Virus record (IMG/VR): IMGVR_UViG_3300048997_000130
Location: 64,001-128,000 of that record
Reading direction: 5' to 3' (one strand)
Length of the DNA: 64,000 nt
From: a virus
Of the stretch, positions 37,297-46,451 are shown piece by piece. The position numbers and the translations under genes are program-made. Numbering within the stretch: position 1 is the stretch's first letter; each line of letters begins with the position of its first letter. The notes under the pieces were generated by a model. It saw nothing but the letters and a program-made list of their open reading frames with translations. It was not told the DNA's origin and made no database searches.

Positions 37297-37340
37297 TCCT
37301 GTCCAATTTTACACTTGGAACCCGGGAATTTACGGAATTT

Positions 37341-37544
37341 TCAATCTTCCAGCGGGCGATTGACGTAGATGAGCGATTCCAAGTGTCGGCTTCCCCGCGC
37401 AAATTCGGCTTTAGCATCCGGCCGACTGATAACAAACGGATCGAATCGCAGCAAGCCCTGAATCAGAATGGCGTTGCCATGGACTTCACTTGTGCAAAGC
37501 GTCTTCCTGACCGACCCACCAATGTTCCAAGTTGCGTCTTTCAT
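37341..37544 (-). CDS. Hypothetical early-type protein
   Basis: Behind cassette 37551-37592. Confidence 0.7.
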   Translation of the reverse strand: MKDATWNIGGSVRKTLCTSEVHGNAILIQGLLRFDPFVISRPDAKAEFARGSRHLESLIYVNRPLED

Positions 37545-37596
37545 TTAGGTGAACCTCCAGTTGGGAACTACGGGAAGAATCTAGAAATTTACACAC

Positions 37597-38076
37597 TCAG
37601 TTGTGTTGGATTTCGTAGACTTGGACAGCTTTTTGAAGAAATGGGATTTGTTTTAGCAACTGCTGGTCTCGGACCGAAATAAAAGGTTGCACGAGTTGTT
37701 CGAAAGAAACCCTATCCAAAAGTTCTTGCTCACTGAACGAGCCCGGGAACGCTACCCAGAAATCCATGAGAGCCGTCGTTTCCCATCGGGGAGTTCCTTT
37801 TTGAGCGGCCGGCTTCGGAGCCCCTTCCAGAAGCCGGGAGAGCACTTGGTCTTTCGACAACACTCCAGCTTTGGCAAATTCCACCAACCGCCGGAAGTCC
37901 GTGTCCGACATATTGGAATGAAAGAACGCCGACAGTACATCATCTTCAGAAATGTCCCAACGGACTAAAGCATCTCGATTGATCTTTTTCAACAAGAACT
38001 TGCTAAGGACGTTGGTATTCCGATTTTCCATATGACGCAAAAATTGGTCTTTGGAAAGATTTCCTGGAATCGCCAT
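37597..38076 (-). CDS. Hypothetical protein with variant C-terminal tag
   Basis: Start MAIPGN behind cassette; ends AVQVYEIQHN*. Confidence 0.7.
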   Translation of the reverse strand: MAIPGNLSKDQFLRHMENRNTNVLSKFLLKKINRDALVRWDISEDDVLSAFFHSNMSDTDFRRLVEFAKAGVLSKDQVLSRLLEGAPKPAAQKGTPRWETTALMDFWVAFPGSFSEQELLDRVSFEQLVQPFISVRDQQLLKQIPFLQKAVQVYEIQHN

Positions 38077-38120
38077 TCGGTTGGAATCTCCATCCCCTAC
38101 TATGGGTGGAGTCCGGGAAT

Positions 38121-38360
38121 TTACGAAGCTTGAGACTGATCGAACGCTCCAAGCGGGCAAATTTCGACCCAAACTTCCTGAACGGGGGTGTTAAGCCCCA
38201 AATTCGGATCTGCAGGAACCCAGACCTCGCCTTGCAGTTGGGCAGACACGAAGTTCCCATATGCGCCGGCTTCCTCGGCGGCCGCGACGAGTTCAGGCGA
38301 GGGCTTTCCCAAAACCCGGCACGTATCTACACTCATCACTCTTGGGAAATCTGAATTCAT
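38121..38360 (-). CDS. Hypothetical protein
   Basis: Stop embedded in the next CGTAAA. Confidence 0.65.
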   Translation of the reverse strand: MNSDFPRVMSVDTCRVLGKPSPELVAAAEEAGAYGNFVSAQLQGEVWVPADPNLGLNTPVQEVWVEICPLGAFDQSQAS

Positions 38361-38416
38361 TTGTTAATTTCTTTCATGAAACTCTCTATCTTGGAGTACA
38401 TAAAGCCCGTTCAGAC

Positions 38417-38743
38417 TTACGACGAACTGGCCTCAAACATCAACCAGGTGTCTTGTGCCGGACCGTTCGGACCGCGCCAAGCCAACTCCAGGGTCCCGTC
38501 ACAGTCAAACATTTTAGCCAAGTCCGATTCGCCTGGCAAAGTCTCGTGAGGGGCCCAAACCCTGAGGCCGAGACCCCCAGCTGAGCTCGGAAAAAATTGT
38601 GCCAATTTTTGGCCAGTCATCGGGAATGGCAAAACACTGAAAAATCCGGTTTCGCCATGGACCGTCCACAATTTATCCGCTCCCGGGCCTTGCAGGAACT
38701 CCAGCAAAGCTGGCATCTCAACATCAACGATTACGTCTTCCAT
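38417..38743 (-). CDS. Hypothetical protein
   Basis: Stop embedded in the next CGTAAG. Confidence 0.65.
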   Translation of the reverse strand: MEDVIVDVEMPALLEFLQGPGADKLWTVHGETGFFSVLPFPMTGQKLAQFFPSSAGGLGLRVWAPHETLPGESDLAKMFDCDGTLELAWRGPNGPAQDTWLMFEASSS

Positions 38744-38761
38744 GGTTTTTCCGGAGCCTTT

Positions 38762-39259
38762 TCAGGCTTTCTCGTAAGCTTCCTTCACTTGCGCCATGGT
38801 CAGTGTGCCCTCGGCAACCAGAACGTCCAGAATGCCAGGAGCAGCGTGGATTCTGCCGTGTTCGCGCTTGAGCCACAGCGACGGCGTGTCCTCGACCGGT
38901 TCCAACGCGCGCACCAAATCCGGGACATCTTTGAGGAGTACAGCCTCGTGTTCATAGCCCCCGTCCGGGAAAATGTGCCAACGCTTATAGACGTCGCAAT
39001 AGCGAACTGCGAGCAGTTCGCCTTTTTTGATTGGCATGGCCCGCCAATCGCGCGTCTTGCGCTTGTCCGGGCGGACCGCAGGCAGGTCTTGGGTGACGCG
39101 GAAAGTCCCGGATTCCGGACTCCAATGCGATTCAATGGCCACGCAACATCGCCCGCAACAAAGCGTTCCAAGATGTTTGTCACCACGCCCGGACCAATCC
39201 CCGAGGCATCCAATGCTTCCTTTTTGAATTTCCGACATTTGCATCATCTCCAATTTCAA
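38762..39259 (-). CDS. Hypothetical protein
   Basis: 165-aa ORF; start uncertain. Confidence 0.65.
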   Translation of the reverse strand: MKLEMMQMSEIQKGSIGCLGDWSGRGDKHLGTLCCGRCCVAIESHWSPESGTFRVTQDLPAVRPDKRKTRDWRAMPIKKGELLAVRYCDVYKRWHIFPDGGYEHEAVLLKDVPDLVRALEPVEDTPSLWLKREHGRIHAAPGILDVLVAEGTLTMAQVKEAYEKA

Positions 39260-39263
39260 ATAC

Positions 39264-39301
39264 GGTGACGGGGGCCCGATTTACGCCGGGTCCCCGTCAC
39301 C
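39264..39301. terminator. 14-bp hairpin with the promoter -35-like box in its loop
   Basis: GGTGACGGGGGCCC-GATTTACGCC-GGGTCCCCGTCACC. Confidence 0.65.
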
Positions 39302-39308
39302 AAAGCTG

Positions 39309-39668
39309 TCAGACCGGGAAGAACTGGATGCGGTCGGCACCCGAACCGCGCGACCAGCGGCCGCTTGACAGGTAGTACCAGGCGCCCTCGTCGCCTCCAG
39401 GAATCTCCCGGGCCACCAGGTACAGGCCGTGCCCGTACTCGCCCGCGTCCTGCTTCGCCTGGGCCGCTCTCAGGCTCGAAACGCCCTCAGCGCGCAGGGC
39501 TTCCCGGACGCTGCCGTAGCGGACGCCGCTTTCGCCGTATTTCTGGCTAGTGTCTGTGACCCCCAAGATTTCGACGGTTTCTTCCTTGATGAAACCGGCG
39601 TTGCGGTAGACCACGCGAACCTTCATGCCCCGAGCGATGTCCGAACCCTTGATTGCTGACGTTTCCAT
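39309..39668 (-). CDS. Hypothetical early-type protein (high GC)
   Basis: Start METSAI behind cassette 39675-39716. Confidence 0.75.
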   Translation of the reverse strand: METSAIKGSDIARGMKVRVVYRNAGFIKEETVEILGVTDTSQKYGESGVRYGSVREALRAEGVSSLRAAQAKQDAGEYGHGLYLVAREIPGGDEGAWYYLSSGRWSRGSGADRIQFFPV

Positions 39669-39711
39669 TTTCCTGAACCTCCATCTCTTTCTACGTGGGA
39701 ACCCGGGAGAC

Positions 39712-39993
39712 TTACGAACCGGACTCCAGCCGGGTCCGTCTGAACGCAAATTCGGCATCTGTGGATGTAAATGCGAACACGTCCACCAAATAGAAGTAGA
39801 TGGTCGGAGCAGACGTGGACAGGACTCGACCTTTAAAAGTCTCGCAGATTTTTTCCAGGCTGAACGAATGATCGTAGGCGTTTAGTATCGCCAGTTCCGC
39901 ATCTTTGAAGCTATGGTACGTGCTCCCAACTTCATTACATGGAACCCAAGTGTCATTCTGTCGAACCAACACCACGATCATTGCATTCACCAT
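39712..39993 (-). CDS. Hypothetical early-type protein
   Basis: Behind cassette; stop inside CGTAAG. Confidence 0.7.
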   Translation of the reverse strand: MVNAMIVVLVRQNDTWVPCNEVGSTYHSFKDAELAILNAYDHSFSLEKICETFKGRVLSTSAPTIYFYLVDVFAFTSTDAEFAFRRTRLESGS

Positions 39994-40035
39994 TGCCTCA
40001 ACCTCCAATCTTGACTACGAAAGGAGTCTGGGAAT

Positions 40036-40293
40036 CTACAGATTATCCCAGACGAACCGAGCCAAATCGCCGCGCCAGGTGCAAGACCTCTGGCCAGTTT
40101 TGGGCACCGGGAAATCATGGAAGGCGTGTTTGATGTGCTCGAGTTCGTCGCCATCCGCATAGCATTCGAGCACTTGAATGTCTTCACTGTTTCTGTTTTT
40201 GTGCTCACCCATCCGAGTCCTCGGAGGTTTTTCTCCGACATGCCATTCCAGTTCTCGATTTTTCCCTGCGTTCTGAATCATAAAGTATAGCAT
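40036..40293 (-). CDS. Hypothetical protein
   Basis: Start moved to MLYFMI behind the promoter copy ending at 40330. Confidence 0.6.
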   Translation of the reverse strand: MLYFMIQNAGKNRELEWHVGEKPPRTRMGEHKNRNSEDIQVLECYADGDELEHIKHAFHDFPVPKTGQRSCTWRGDLARFVWDNL

Positions 40294-40325
40294 CTTGTCT
40301 TTCTGTATCGATGAAGTGTTGAAAT

Positions 40326-40562
40326 TTACGAACCGGACAGCGAACCGGGCCAGACGGCCCGAAAGGAACTTCGAATCCAAAATGATAACTTCGAAAACCA
40401 AATGATTCCCTTGGGAATCATTTGGACTGTGGATGGGTTCCGGAGCTTTTCGTATCCCGACAATGCGAGCTCGACGGTTCCACGTCCATATTGTTGTTCA
40501 AAATGCAACAAATCTCGCCAAAGATTTGTTGCAAAACCTTGTTGGAATTTGGCGTCGTACAT
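40326..40562 (-). CDS. Hypothetical protein
   Basis: Stop inside CGTAAA. Confidence 0.65.
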   Translation of the reverse strand: MYDAKFQQGFATNLWRDLLHFEQQYGRGTVELALSGYEKLRNPSTVQMIPKGIIWFSKLSFWIRSSFRAVWPGSLSGS

Positions 40563-40564
40563 GA

Positions 40565-40735
40565 CTAATTGGAAACCAATCGAACTTGCGAATCTTCAGA
40601 GACGCGGATGAGACCGGCTTCCTCGAGAACTTCCAAACCAGTGCTGGTTTCCTCGATGCCGAAATCATCCACGAGCTCTGCCAAAGGCGCTTGTCCGTAT
40701 TTCTCGAGCAGCCCCAGAATCTGTGCGCTGAACAT
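40565..40735 (-). CDS. Unlisted 56-aa winged-HTH-like protein MFSAQILGLLEKYG...
   Basis: Behind cassette 40743-40784; ILGLLEKYGQAPLAEL..LEVLEEAGLIRV. Confidence 0.65.
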   Translation of the reverse strand: MFSAQILGLLEKYGQAPLAELVDDFGIEETSTGLEVLEEAGLIRVSEDSQVRLVSN

Positions 40736-40852
40736 CTTGCTTGAACCTCCAGCTCTGCATACGGAAAGGGCTGGGAGATTTACTTAAACATGAATTTTGT
40801 TCTGAAAAAGGCCGGGAGATTTCCGCCTTCCCAGCCTTCGGATTCCGCTATA

Positions 40853-41092
40853 TCAAGCCCAAAATTTATATGCTCTAGTAGGGAGTTCCGTTCCTTCCAC
40901 ATTGTGGGCTCCCGGATCCTGGCATTCTTCGTCCTCATCATCGCCACCATAGGCTCCAGGAGCTTGACATTCCTCGCCATCCTCGCAGCCGGCTTTCTCG
41001 CACTCATTGCAGAAGTCCGGATGCTCCACGTCATCCGAAATGGCGATTTCGAAGCAGTCCCGACATTTGCAGCTCGTGTATCCACTTGACAT
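40853..41092 (-). CDS. Cys-rich acidic small protein
   Basis: CKCRDC..FCNECEKAGC; behind cassette. Confidence 0.7.
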   Translation of the reverse strand: MSSGYTSCKCRDCFEIAISDDVEHPDFCNECEKAGCEDGEECQAPGAYGGDDEDEECQDPGAHNVEGTELPTRAYKFWA

Positions 41093-41135
41093 TTGACCGA
41101 ACCTCCAATCCTGGATATGGAAGAACCCAGGAGAT

Positions 41136-41447
41136 TTACTGGTTCCTTAGCCTATCCAAATATGGTTGATATTCATCAAAAAAGCTTCCTACTTGGCGAG
41201 CGCAATTCGGAGATTCGCAACCCTCAGACAGATAAACATCGAAATTCTTGGTCTGCACGAATTCACAAACGCGTCTAGCATACTGCTCGGTAGCAAAATA
41301 TCTTCCAGGCGCACGCCTGCGAATTTCTTCCAGTGTGGTTGAAGCTTCTAAAAGGACTTCAATCGGAAATCCGGAAGCCCATGAACTTTCTCCCAACTCG
41401 AATGACTCTTCATTCGAGTTGGTGACGATGTAAACCGACGAACTCAT
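41136..41447 (-). CDS. Hypothetical protein
   Basis: Stop inside AGTAAA. Confidence 0.65.
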   Translation of the reverse strand: MSSSVYIVTNSNEESFELGESSWASGFPIEVLLEASTTLEEIRRRAPGRYFATEQYARRVCEFVQTKNFDVYLSEGCESPNCARQVGSFFDEYQPYLDRLRNQ

Positions 41448-41480
41448 TTCAGTTTCTAGATACGGGTTCCCCCGGGAGAT

Positions 41481-41702
41481 TTACGAGTCTCCCGGTTTGC
41501 CCCAAGGGCCGGAATCGGTCATGATGGGAGGGTCCCAATTCCGAGCTTCTACGCACAGTTGGAACTGTTCGGTAAGGAGTTTCTGGACATCTTCTTCACG
41601 ATTGGGATTCCTATCATGGAAGACGATCCTGATTTGCCCATTCAAATCTTGAAGCCTTCCAATAATAATGAGAAGATCTCTTCTTGTAGGTTTCCTTTTC
41701 AT
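41481..41702 (-). CDS. Hypothetical protein
   Basis: Stop inside CGTAAA. Confidence 0.7.
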   Translation of the reverse strand: MKRKPTRRDLLIIIGRLQDLNGQIRIVFHDRNPNREEDVQKLLTEQFQLCVEARNWDPPIMTDSGPWGKPGDS

Positions 41703-41914
41703 TAGTTCCTGCGGATAGTCTGCACGAACTCGACGATTTTGGCTTGAAGCGCTGCATCATCGAGGCCTTCCGCAATGCCAACGCGGCCAATTTGGAAAAT
41801 CTTGGGAATGGACATCATTGGAATCTGCACGCCGTTGCAACTCGCCGTATATAGGCGGCTGATGCGGTCGTCTTCTTGTTTTGCCCGAGCTTTTGCCGAA
41901 AGTTGCTTGGCCAT
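41702..41914 (-). CDS. Hypothetical early-type protein
   Basis: Behind cassette 41921-41962. Confidence 0.75.
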   Translation of the reverse strand: MAKQLSAKARAKQEDDRISRLYTASCNGVQIPMMSIPKIFQIGRVGIAEGLDDAALQAKIVEFVQTIRRN

Positions 41915-41932
41915 TTTTCCAGAACCTCCACC

Positions 41933-42214
41933 TCAAGGTACAGAATTAGAGGACGGATTTACCTTCACGTCCGAGACTCCGAGGAAATCGTAGTCCAGTC
42001 TATGTCCGCAATACTTAAGCATGAAGACTTCCGCCCTTTGTTCGGCCTGGGCATATGTTTCGGCCTCCACTTGGATTTCGAAAGCCAGCGGTTGATTGAT
42101 TTCGAACCATGGAGGGCTTGAAATTTCCACAGATTTGATCGAAGACGGAACAAAGTTATTCAGCTTAACTTGCAGATCGAGACGCGCCGTAACTTTCACT
42201 GTGAATTTTGCCAT
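41933..42214 (-). CDS. Hypothetical protein (F.VKV...VEAE..A.A module)
   Basis: Module shared with 43064-43489 and 48526-48708. Confidence 0.7.
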   Translation of the reverse strand: MAKFTVKVTARLDLQVKLNNFVPSSIKSVEISSPPWFEINQPLAFEIQVEAETYAQAEQRAEVFMLKYCGHRLDYDFLGVSDVKVNPSSNSVP

Positions 42215-42309
42215 GTTCCAGAACCTCCAAATTTAGATATGGAAGAATCCAGGAGACTTCCGAAGTTGGCGTAAATTGTCTTGTAGTCCTTTTATACTAA
42301 TTATGACTT

Positions 42310-42657
42310 ATGGGACCTCGAGAAGCCGCTGAACAGATTCGTGCTATTGCAAATTACATCGAGCGCGAGGCCAACCCGAAGAAATTAGTGGTCTCCAACG
42401 GCATCTCCAACGTTCTTGCGACTTTGACCGGAGCTCCTGTTCGAACTTCTGGATCCTTGAAGCGGTTCATGGACAAGGACATCGATGGAGCGCTTTCTGG
42501 CATCACGAACTTGGTCGAAAAGCTCCATAAAGTGGTCAGGACTCTCAATCCGCAAAGTCCTTCGAAAGCTTATTTGGAGGGCGTCCAAAAGGAATGGGAC
42601 GCCTTGCGAGATCAAGTTGAAACTCAAATTGAAGATTTCGAGAACGTTGAAATCTAG
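42310..42657 (+). CDS. Hypothetical helical protein
   Basis: Isolated plus-strand gene behind a plus-strand CGTAAA promoter at 42270. Confidence 0.7.
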   Translation: MGPREAAEQIRAIANYIEREANPKKLVVSNGISNVLATLTGAPVRTSGSLKRFMDKDIDGALSGITNLVEKLHKVVRTLNPQSPSKAYLEGVQKEWDALRDQVETQIEDFENVEI

Positions 42658-42848
42658 CTTTCCTGCACTTGCTTGATTATTTCGATATTGCAATCCACGG
42701 AAATTCCGGCTTTCTTCGCGTAGCGGGTGATGTTCCGTTTGTGCGTGAACCCGGGCAGGTAAACGGGTCCGGCCCCACATTTGGAACAAACATATATTTT
42801 CATATCTCCAGCAAATGTTTTCCGTTCATATTTCCAAGTGTGATTCAT
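42654..42848 (-). CDS. Small H/CxxC/C protein with shared C-terminal tag
   Basis: MNHTW..YVCSKCG..DCNIEIIKQVQES*. Confidence 0.75.
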   Translation of the reverse strand: MNHTWKYERKTFAGDMKIYVCSKCGAGPVYLPGFTHKRNITRYAKKAGISVDCNIEIIKQVQES

Positions 42849-43057
42849 TAGCTCTCTTGAATCTTCTTAATCATTTCCACTTTGCAATCCGAAGAAATGC
42901 CTTTTTTCTTCGCGTAACGGGTTATGTTCCGTTTATTTAAGGTTTTCATTATGTGAATTGGGCCGACTCCGCATCTAGAGCAAATGTAAGAGTGGATGAA
43001 AGAGTGGATGATTGAAAACTGATGTTTATTGGTTCGAAGCTTCCATTTATGATTCAT
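42848..43057 (-). CDS. Tandem paralog of 42654-42848
   Basis: MNHKW..YICSRCG..DCKVEMIKKIQES*. Confidence 0.75.
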   Translation of the reverse strand: MNHKWKLRTNKHQFSIIHSFIHSYICSRCGVGPIHIMKTLNKRNITRYAKKKGISSDCKVEMIKKIQES

Positions 43058-43063
43058 GTTCTA

Positions 43064-43489
43064 CTATTGATCGGGAACCCAGATTTTCGGCAGGGAGTCA
43101 TTGGATTCGAGCATGCCGCCACCCTCATGTTGTGGCGAGTTGAACGTCCTTTGACAGTACTTACAAACCCGTTGATTGCTGGTGTTGGGCGGGCAACCCC
43201 TGTTTAGAAGGATCGTGTGCTTGCAGGCAAGTTTCTCCTCTAGAGATCTGTCAATCTTAGTCTCTGCCACTTTAACATTCCAACATTGGACGTTGAAGCC
43301 AGTTCCCTGGATTATGAGTCGCGCTTGGGCTTCAGCCTCTTCTTGATTGGAAGCTTGGACTGTGACTGTCAGCATTATTTCTGGTGTGAACTTCAATCCG
43401 AGTTGTATACCAGTAACTTGCCCAGACATCGGGTAAACATCCATCCCCATTTCAAGCCGACAAAGGACTTTAATTTCAAATTCTTGCAT
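43064..43489 (-). CDS. Hypothetical protein with C-terminal Cys cluster
   Basis: MQEFEIKV..ACKH..VCKYC. Confidence 0.65.
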   Translation of the reverse strand: MQEFEIKVLCRLEMGMDVYPMSGQVTGIQLGLKFTPEIMLTVTVQASNQEEAEAQARLIIQGTGFNVQCWNVKVAETKIDRSLEEKLACKHTILLNRGCPPNTSNQRVCKYCQRTFNSPQHEGGGMLESNDSLPKIWVPDQ

Positions 43490-43521
43490 CGTATTTCTTC
43501 CTAACCAGAAACCTCTTTGAT

Positions 43522-43752
43522 TTACCGGGTCCAAGTGCCGGCCGGACCATTGCCCCAGGCTTTGCGCTCCAGGGCTTCCCGGTCCTCCCAGCTCGAATTA
43601 TCAGTTGCAGGCTCGCCAGCTGGCTTTTGGAACTTTATGACTGCAACGGCTCGCAAGATCAAAATGGCTCCAAAGAAAAACACGAACGTGGAGAGCAAGT
43701 AAATCTTGATGAACTTCCCGGTGGTCATAATTCCTTTTACCGGGAAATTCAT
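43522..43752 (-). CDS. Small membrane protein
   Basis: One long hydrophobic helix. Confidence 0.6.
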   Translation of the reverse strand: MNFPVKGIMTTGKFIKIYLLSTFVFFFGAILILRAVAVIKFQKPAGEPATDNSSWEDREALERKAWGNGPAGTWTR

Positions 43753-43757
43753 TCAAT

Positions 43758-44066
43758 TTACAAGGGTCGGTTGGGAACTCGGACCGACAGGCTCTTCCCA
43801 TTCTCCCATTGCGCAAGACCCATTCGAGATGCACAAGGTGTGTTGGTCCAAACTGCAATGCCTCGTTGCACGAGACCAGCCACAAGTTCGGCCGGTTCGG
43901 AAAGCAAGATGCCGCCAAGGGCTCGCGTGAAGATGGTCGGAACGTACCCATCCGACATTGATGCTTGCAGGTCAGTGAGCGTCCGGAACGCGGTATATCG
44001 CTTGAGGAGAACTTCGAGCCGCGACATGAGGACCAAATCAAACTCGGCAATGATTGACGTTTCCAT
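43758..44066 (-). CDS. Hypothetical protein
   Basis: Behind promoter copy at about 44070-44100. Confidence 0.65.
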   Translation of the reverse strand: METSIIAEFDLVLMSRLEVLLKRYTAFRTLTDLQASMSDGYVPTIFTRALGGILLSEPAELVAGLVQRGIAVWTNTPCASRMGLAQWENGKSLSVRVPNRPL

Positions 44067-44281
44067 GTTTCCTTCTACTGGGAACCCTGGAAGACTTACA
44101 GCCCTTCCAGGGTCACATAATCCGAACTCTTGGATATTTCTTCATCTCCCAAGCGCAAAGTCACCGTGGCTTTGACGCTGGCTTTATTGTCATTGTAAAT
44201 TTCTGTCCTCTGGCTGAGTTCGACGAAAACCGAAAGGTTCTCTCGAAGGAACGAGATGAGGTCTTCCTTTTCCATGGATGT

Positions 44282-44875
44282 CTACAGATAGCCGAGTTTC
44301 TGGGCGTGAGTCTTGGCTTCGGGCGTGATGATGTACATCTGGGCTTTATGATCCCACTCGGCAATCCGGAACTTCTTTACGAGCTTCTTGTGGCTCGCGT
44401 CAACCACAGACTCCGTGATGAACTTCTTGAGTGCTCGAAGTTTGGCGCTGTCTGGGTGTAGGTCCTCGGCGAGGTAGACGGGCTTGAGCTTCTTGGCACC
44501 ATTGACCAGCTTCTCGACCGGGCCTTCCAAGGTCTTGAGGAGCTTGAACATGCCTTCAGCTTGCTTGTTCAAGTCGTCCAGAAGTTCTTGCTTCATGTCC
44601 GGGAAATAATCGTCCTTCTTGAAGTCTTCTTCGTTCTCGTAGGAACAACAACCGAGACTGGTAGAAGCTGTCAGGCAACCTTCCCAATTGGCGGTCATGG
44701 TCACACAAGCCCAGGCCCAAACTTCCCCATTTCGGAGGCGCTCCTTGATGTCAGCCACCATCTTTGCATCGGCTTCAGCATCGTCCGTTGCGAAGTGCCC
44801 GTCCACTTCGGCATCATCCACTTCGGCAGAAAGGGTGAAAAGGACGTCTTTTTCGGTGATCTTACGCAGGGTCAT
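44282..44875 (-). CDS. Hypothetical protein
   Basis: Start MTLRKI behind cassette 44882-44921. Confidence 0.75.
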   Translation of the reverse strand: MTLRKITEKDVLFTLSAEVDDAEVDGHFATDDAEADAKMVADIKERLRNGEVWAWACVTMTANWEGCLTASTSLGCCSYENEEDFKKDDYFPDMKQELLDDLNKQAEGMFKLLKTLEGPVEKLVNGAKKLKPVYLAEDLHPDSAKLRALKKFITESVVDASHKKLVKKFRIAEWDHKAQMYIITPEAKTHAQKLGYL

Positions 44876-44916
44876 TTGAAAATCTCCAACCGGAACTATG
44901 AAGGGATGGCCCAGAT

Positions 44917-45174
44917 TTACAAGACTGCAGCGAACCGGGACTCGTCGCGCTCGGCTCGATTCGGCCGGTTGGCCTTGAGCCGACCGTGCTTGATGAGCCA
45001 TTTGGCTTCGTCGCCCGAACAAATCGAACACTTCACCACGAACGGCACGTTGCCGTTGCGTTCGACATGTTGCTTCCAACGCCTGATGGCTCGACGTTGG
45101 GCTCGCGGCGTGTCCGTATGGGCTTTCAGAAACGATTCAAGCGTTGTGTAGACCTGCGAGCAGTGTTTTGCCAT
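44917..45174 (-). CDS. Hypothetical protein with CxxC
   Basis: KCSICS; stop inside TGTAAA. Confidence 0.65.
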   Translation of the reverse strand: MAKHCSQVYTTLESFLKAHTDTPRAQRRAIRRWKQHVERNGNVPFVVKCSICSGDEAKWLIKHGRLKANRPNRAERDESRFAAVL

Positions 45175-45218
45175 TGGGTTCCTTTTCCTACTGAGAAATT
45201 ATTCGAATTTCCAGACTT

Positions 45219-45401
45219 CTATTCCGGGAAGGAGCCGGCAAATTCAGCTTCTTTTTTGAGGAGTTCTTCCTCAAGCAGCCGTTCAAGCACAGACTCGAGT
45301 GCCTCTTGGACCAAGCCTTGAGTCGCCCATTTGGGGGCATTAACCACCAATCTGAGATCATTGGACCCATGAGTCACTACATTGATTACGAATTTTGCCA
45401 T
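45219..45401 (-). CDS. Hypothetical protein
   Basis: MAKFVINV start overlaps the upstream stop. Confidence 0.6.
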   Translation of the reverse strand: MAKFVINVVTHGSNDLRLVVNAPKWATQGLVQEALESVLERLLEEELLKKEAEFAGSFPE

Positions 45402-45607
45402 CAAGCGGCCTTGGAAACTTTCACAACGCTGGATTCGATGCTGGTTGCTGCGGCTTGCCATTCGGCCTTTTCGAAACCGCGAGCGAACGCCGCGGCGTCT
45501 TGCGCCAGCTGCCATAGGCGCCTCAAACTTTCGATGTCCTGATCTGCCGCTGCCCGAATTGCACTGATAAGAACCGCTTCGCTCGTCACCTTGATTGAAA
45601 TCGCCAT
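45401..45607 (-). CDS. Hypothetical early-type protein
   Basis: Behind cassette 45613-45654. Confidence 0.75.
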   Translation of the reverse strand: MAISIKVTSEAVLISAIRAAADQDIESLRRLWQLAQDAAAFARGFEKAEWQAAATSIESSVVKVSKAA

Positions 45608-45816
45608 TTCCCTAACCTCCAGTTTTTGATATGAAGGTTAGGGCAGGATTTACGCGTTTTGCAGGAACTGCAAGTGATCCCGGTCATAACGCCAGATTTT
45701 TCCGTCCGACCATTTGACCGACACTGAAGACTTTCCATGGCGAACGACTCGGCCAAGACGCCATGGCCACCACGTGTCGCACACCGGCCGGCGCAATGAG
45801 AATTGCTCGAACTTCC

Positions 45817-45999
45817 TCACGCGCCAGGCACCTTCGGGTCACGACGGAGGTCGCGTTCCCAAAGCTTGAGTTCCGGGCCGCATTCCTTCGGAATCCCTCG
45901 GGAAAGCGTCTGGCCCCATGGCTTATTCACTGCCGCACAATAGGGATCCAAGTCCATATCCATGCAACGATTCAAACAAGTGTGACAACTTCTTTCCAT
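45817..45999 (-). CDS. Small Cys-rich protein
   Basis: SCHTCLNRC..YC..EC. Confidence 0.6.
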   Translation of the reverse strand: MERSCHTCLNRCMDMDLDPYCAAVNKPWGQTLSRGIPKECGPELKLWERDLRRDPKVPGA

Positions 46000-46018
46000 T
46001 GTTTATTTTACATCCATA

Positions 46019-46237
46019 TCAGGCGGACTTACAAGCGATTCCTAGATCCGGCCGAACAACCGCCAATTCGAGCTTGTTGATGGTGTCGTTGGCTTCAGCC
46101 GCTTTCAGATAGTGAAGCGCCATTGAGAACTGGCCCCGGCTCACGCAGTCCTGGATGAGCTTCGCGTATTTGCCGACTGTCATATCATAGCCGCGAATTT
46201 CGCATGGCAATTCAGCCCAAACTTTGGAATTATCCAT
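46019..46237 (-). CDS. Hypothetical protein
   Basis: 72-aa ORF. Confidence 0.55.
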   Translation of the reverse strand: MDNSKVWAELPCEIRGYDMTVGKYAKLIQDCVSRGQFSMALHYLKAAEANDTINKLELAVVRPDLGIACKSA

Positions 46238-46451
46238 ATTCTTCAGTATGTTCAGACATATCCGACTTACCGGATATTTGTTTCTCGAGCACAGCCTTTT
46301 ATCGAGATCGAGGTCTCAGCGAGAGAATCGTAATCAAAATAATCACGCACCCTAAGATTCCCCAAACGAAAAAGACCTCTCTCACAGCGTCCCCGACAAT
46401 GATATGAATTCCTTATTCATATTCCTTCCTATATATGGGATGGGTGAATTT

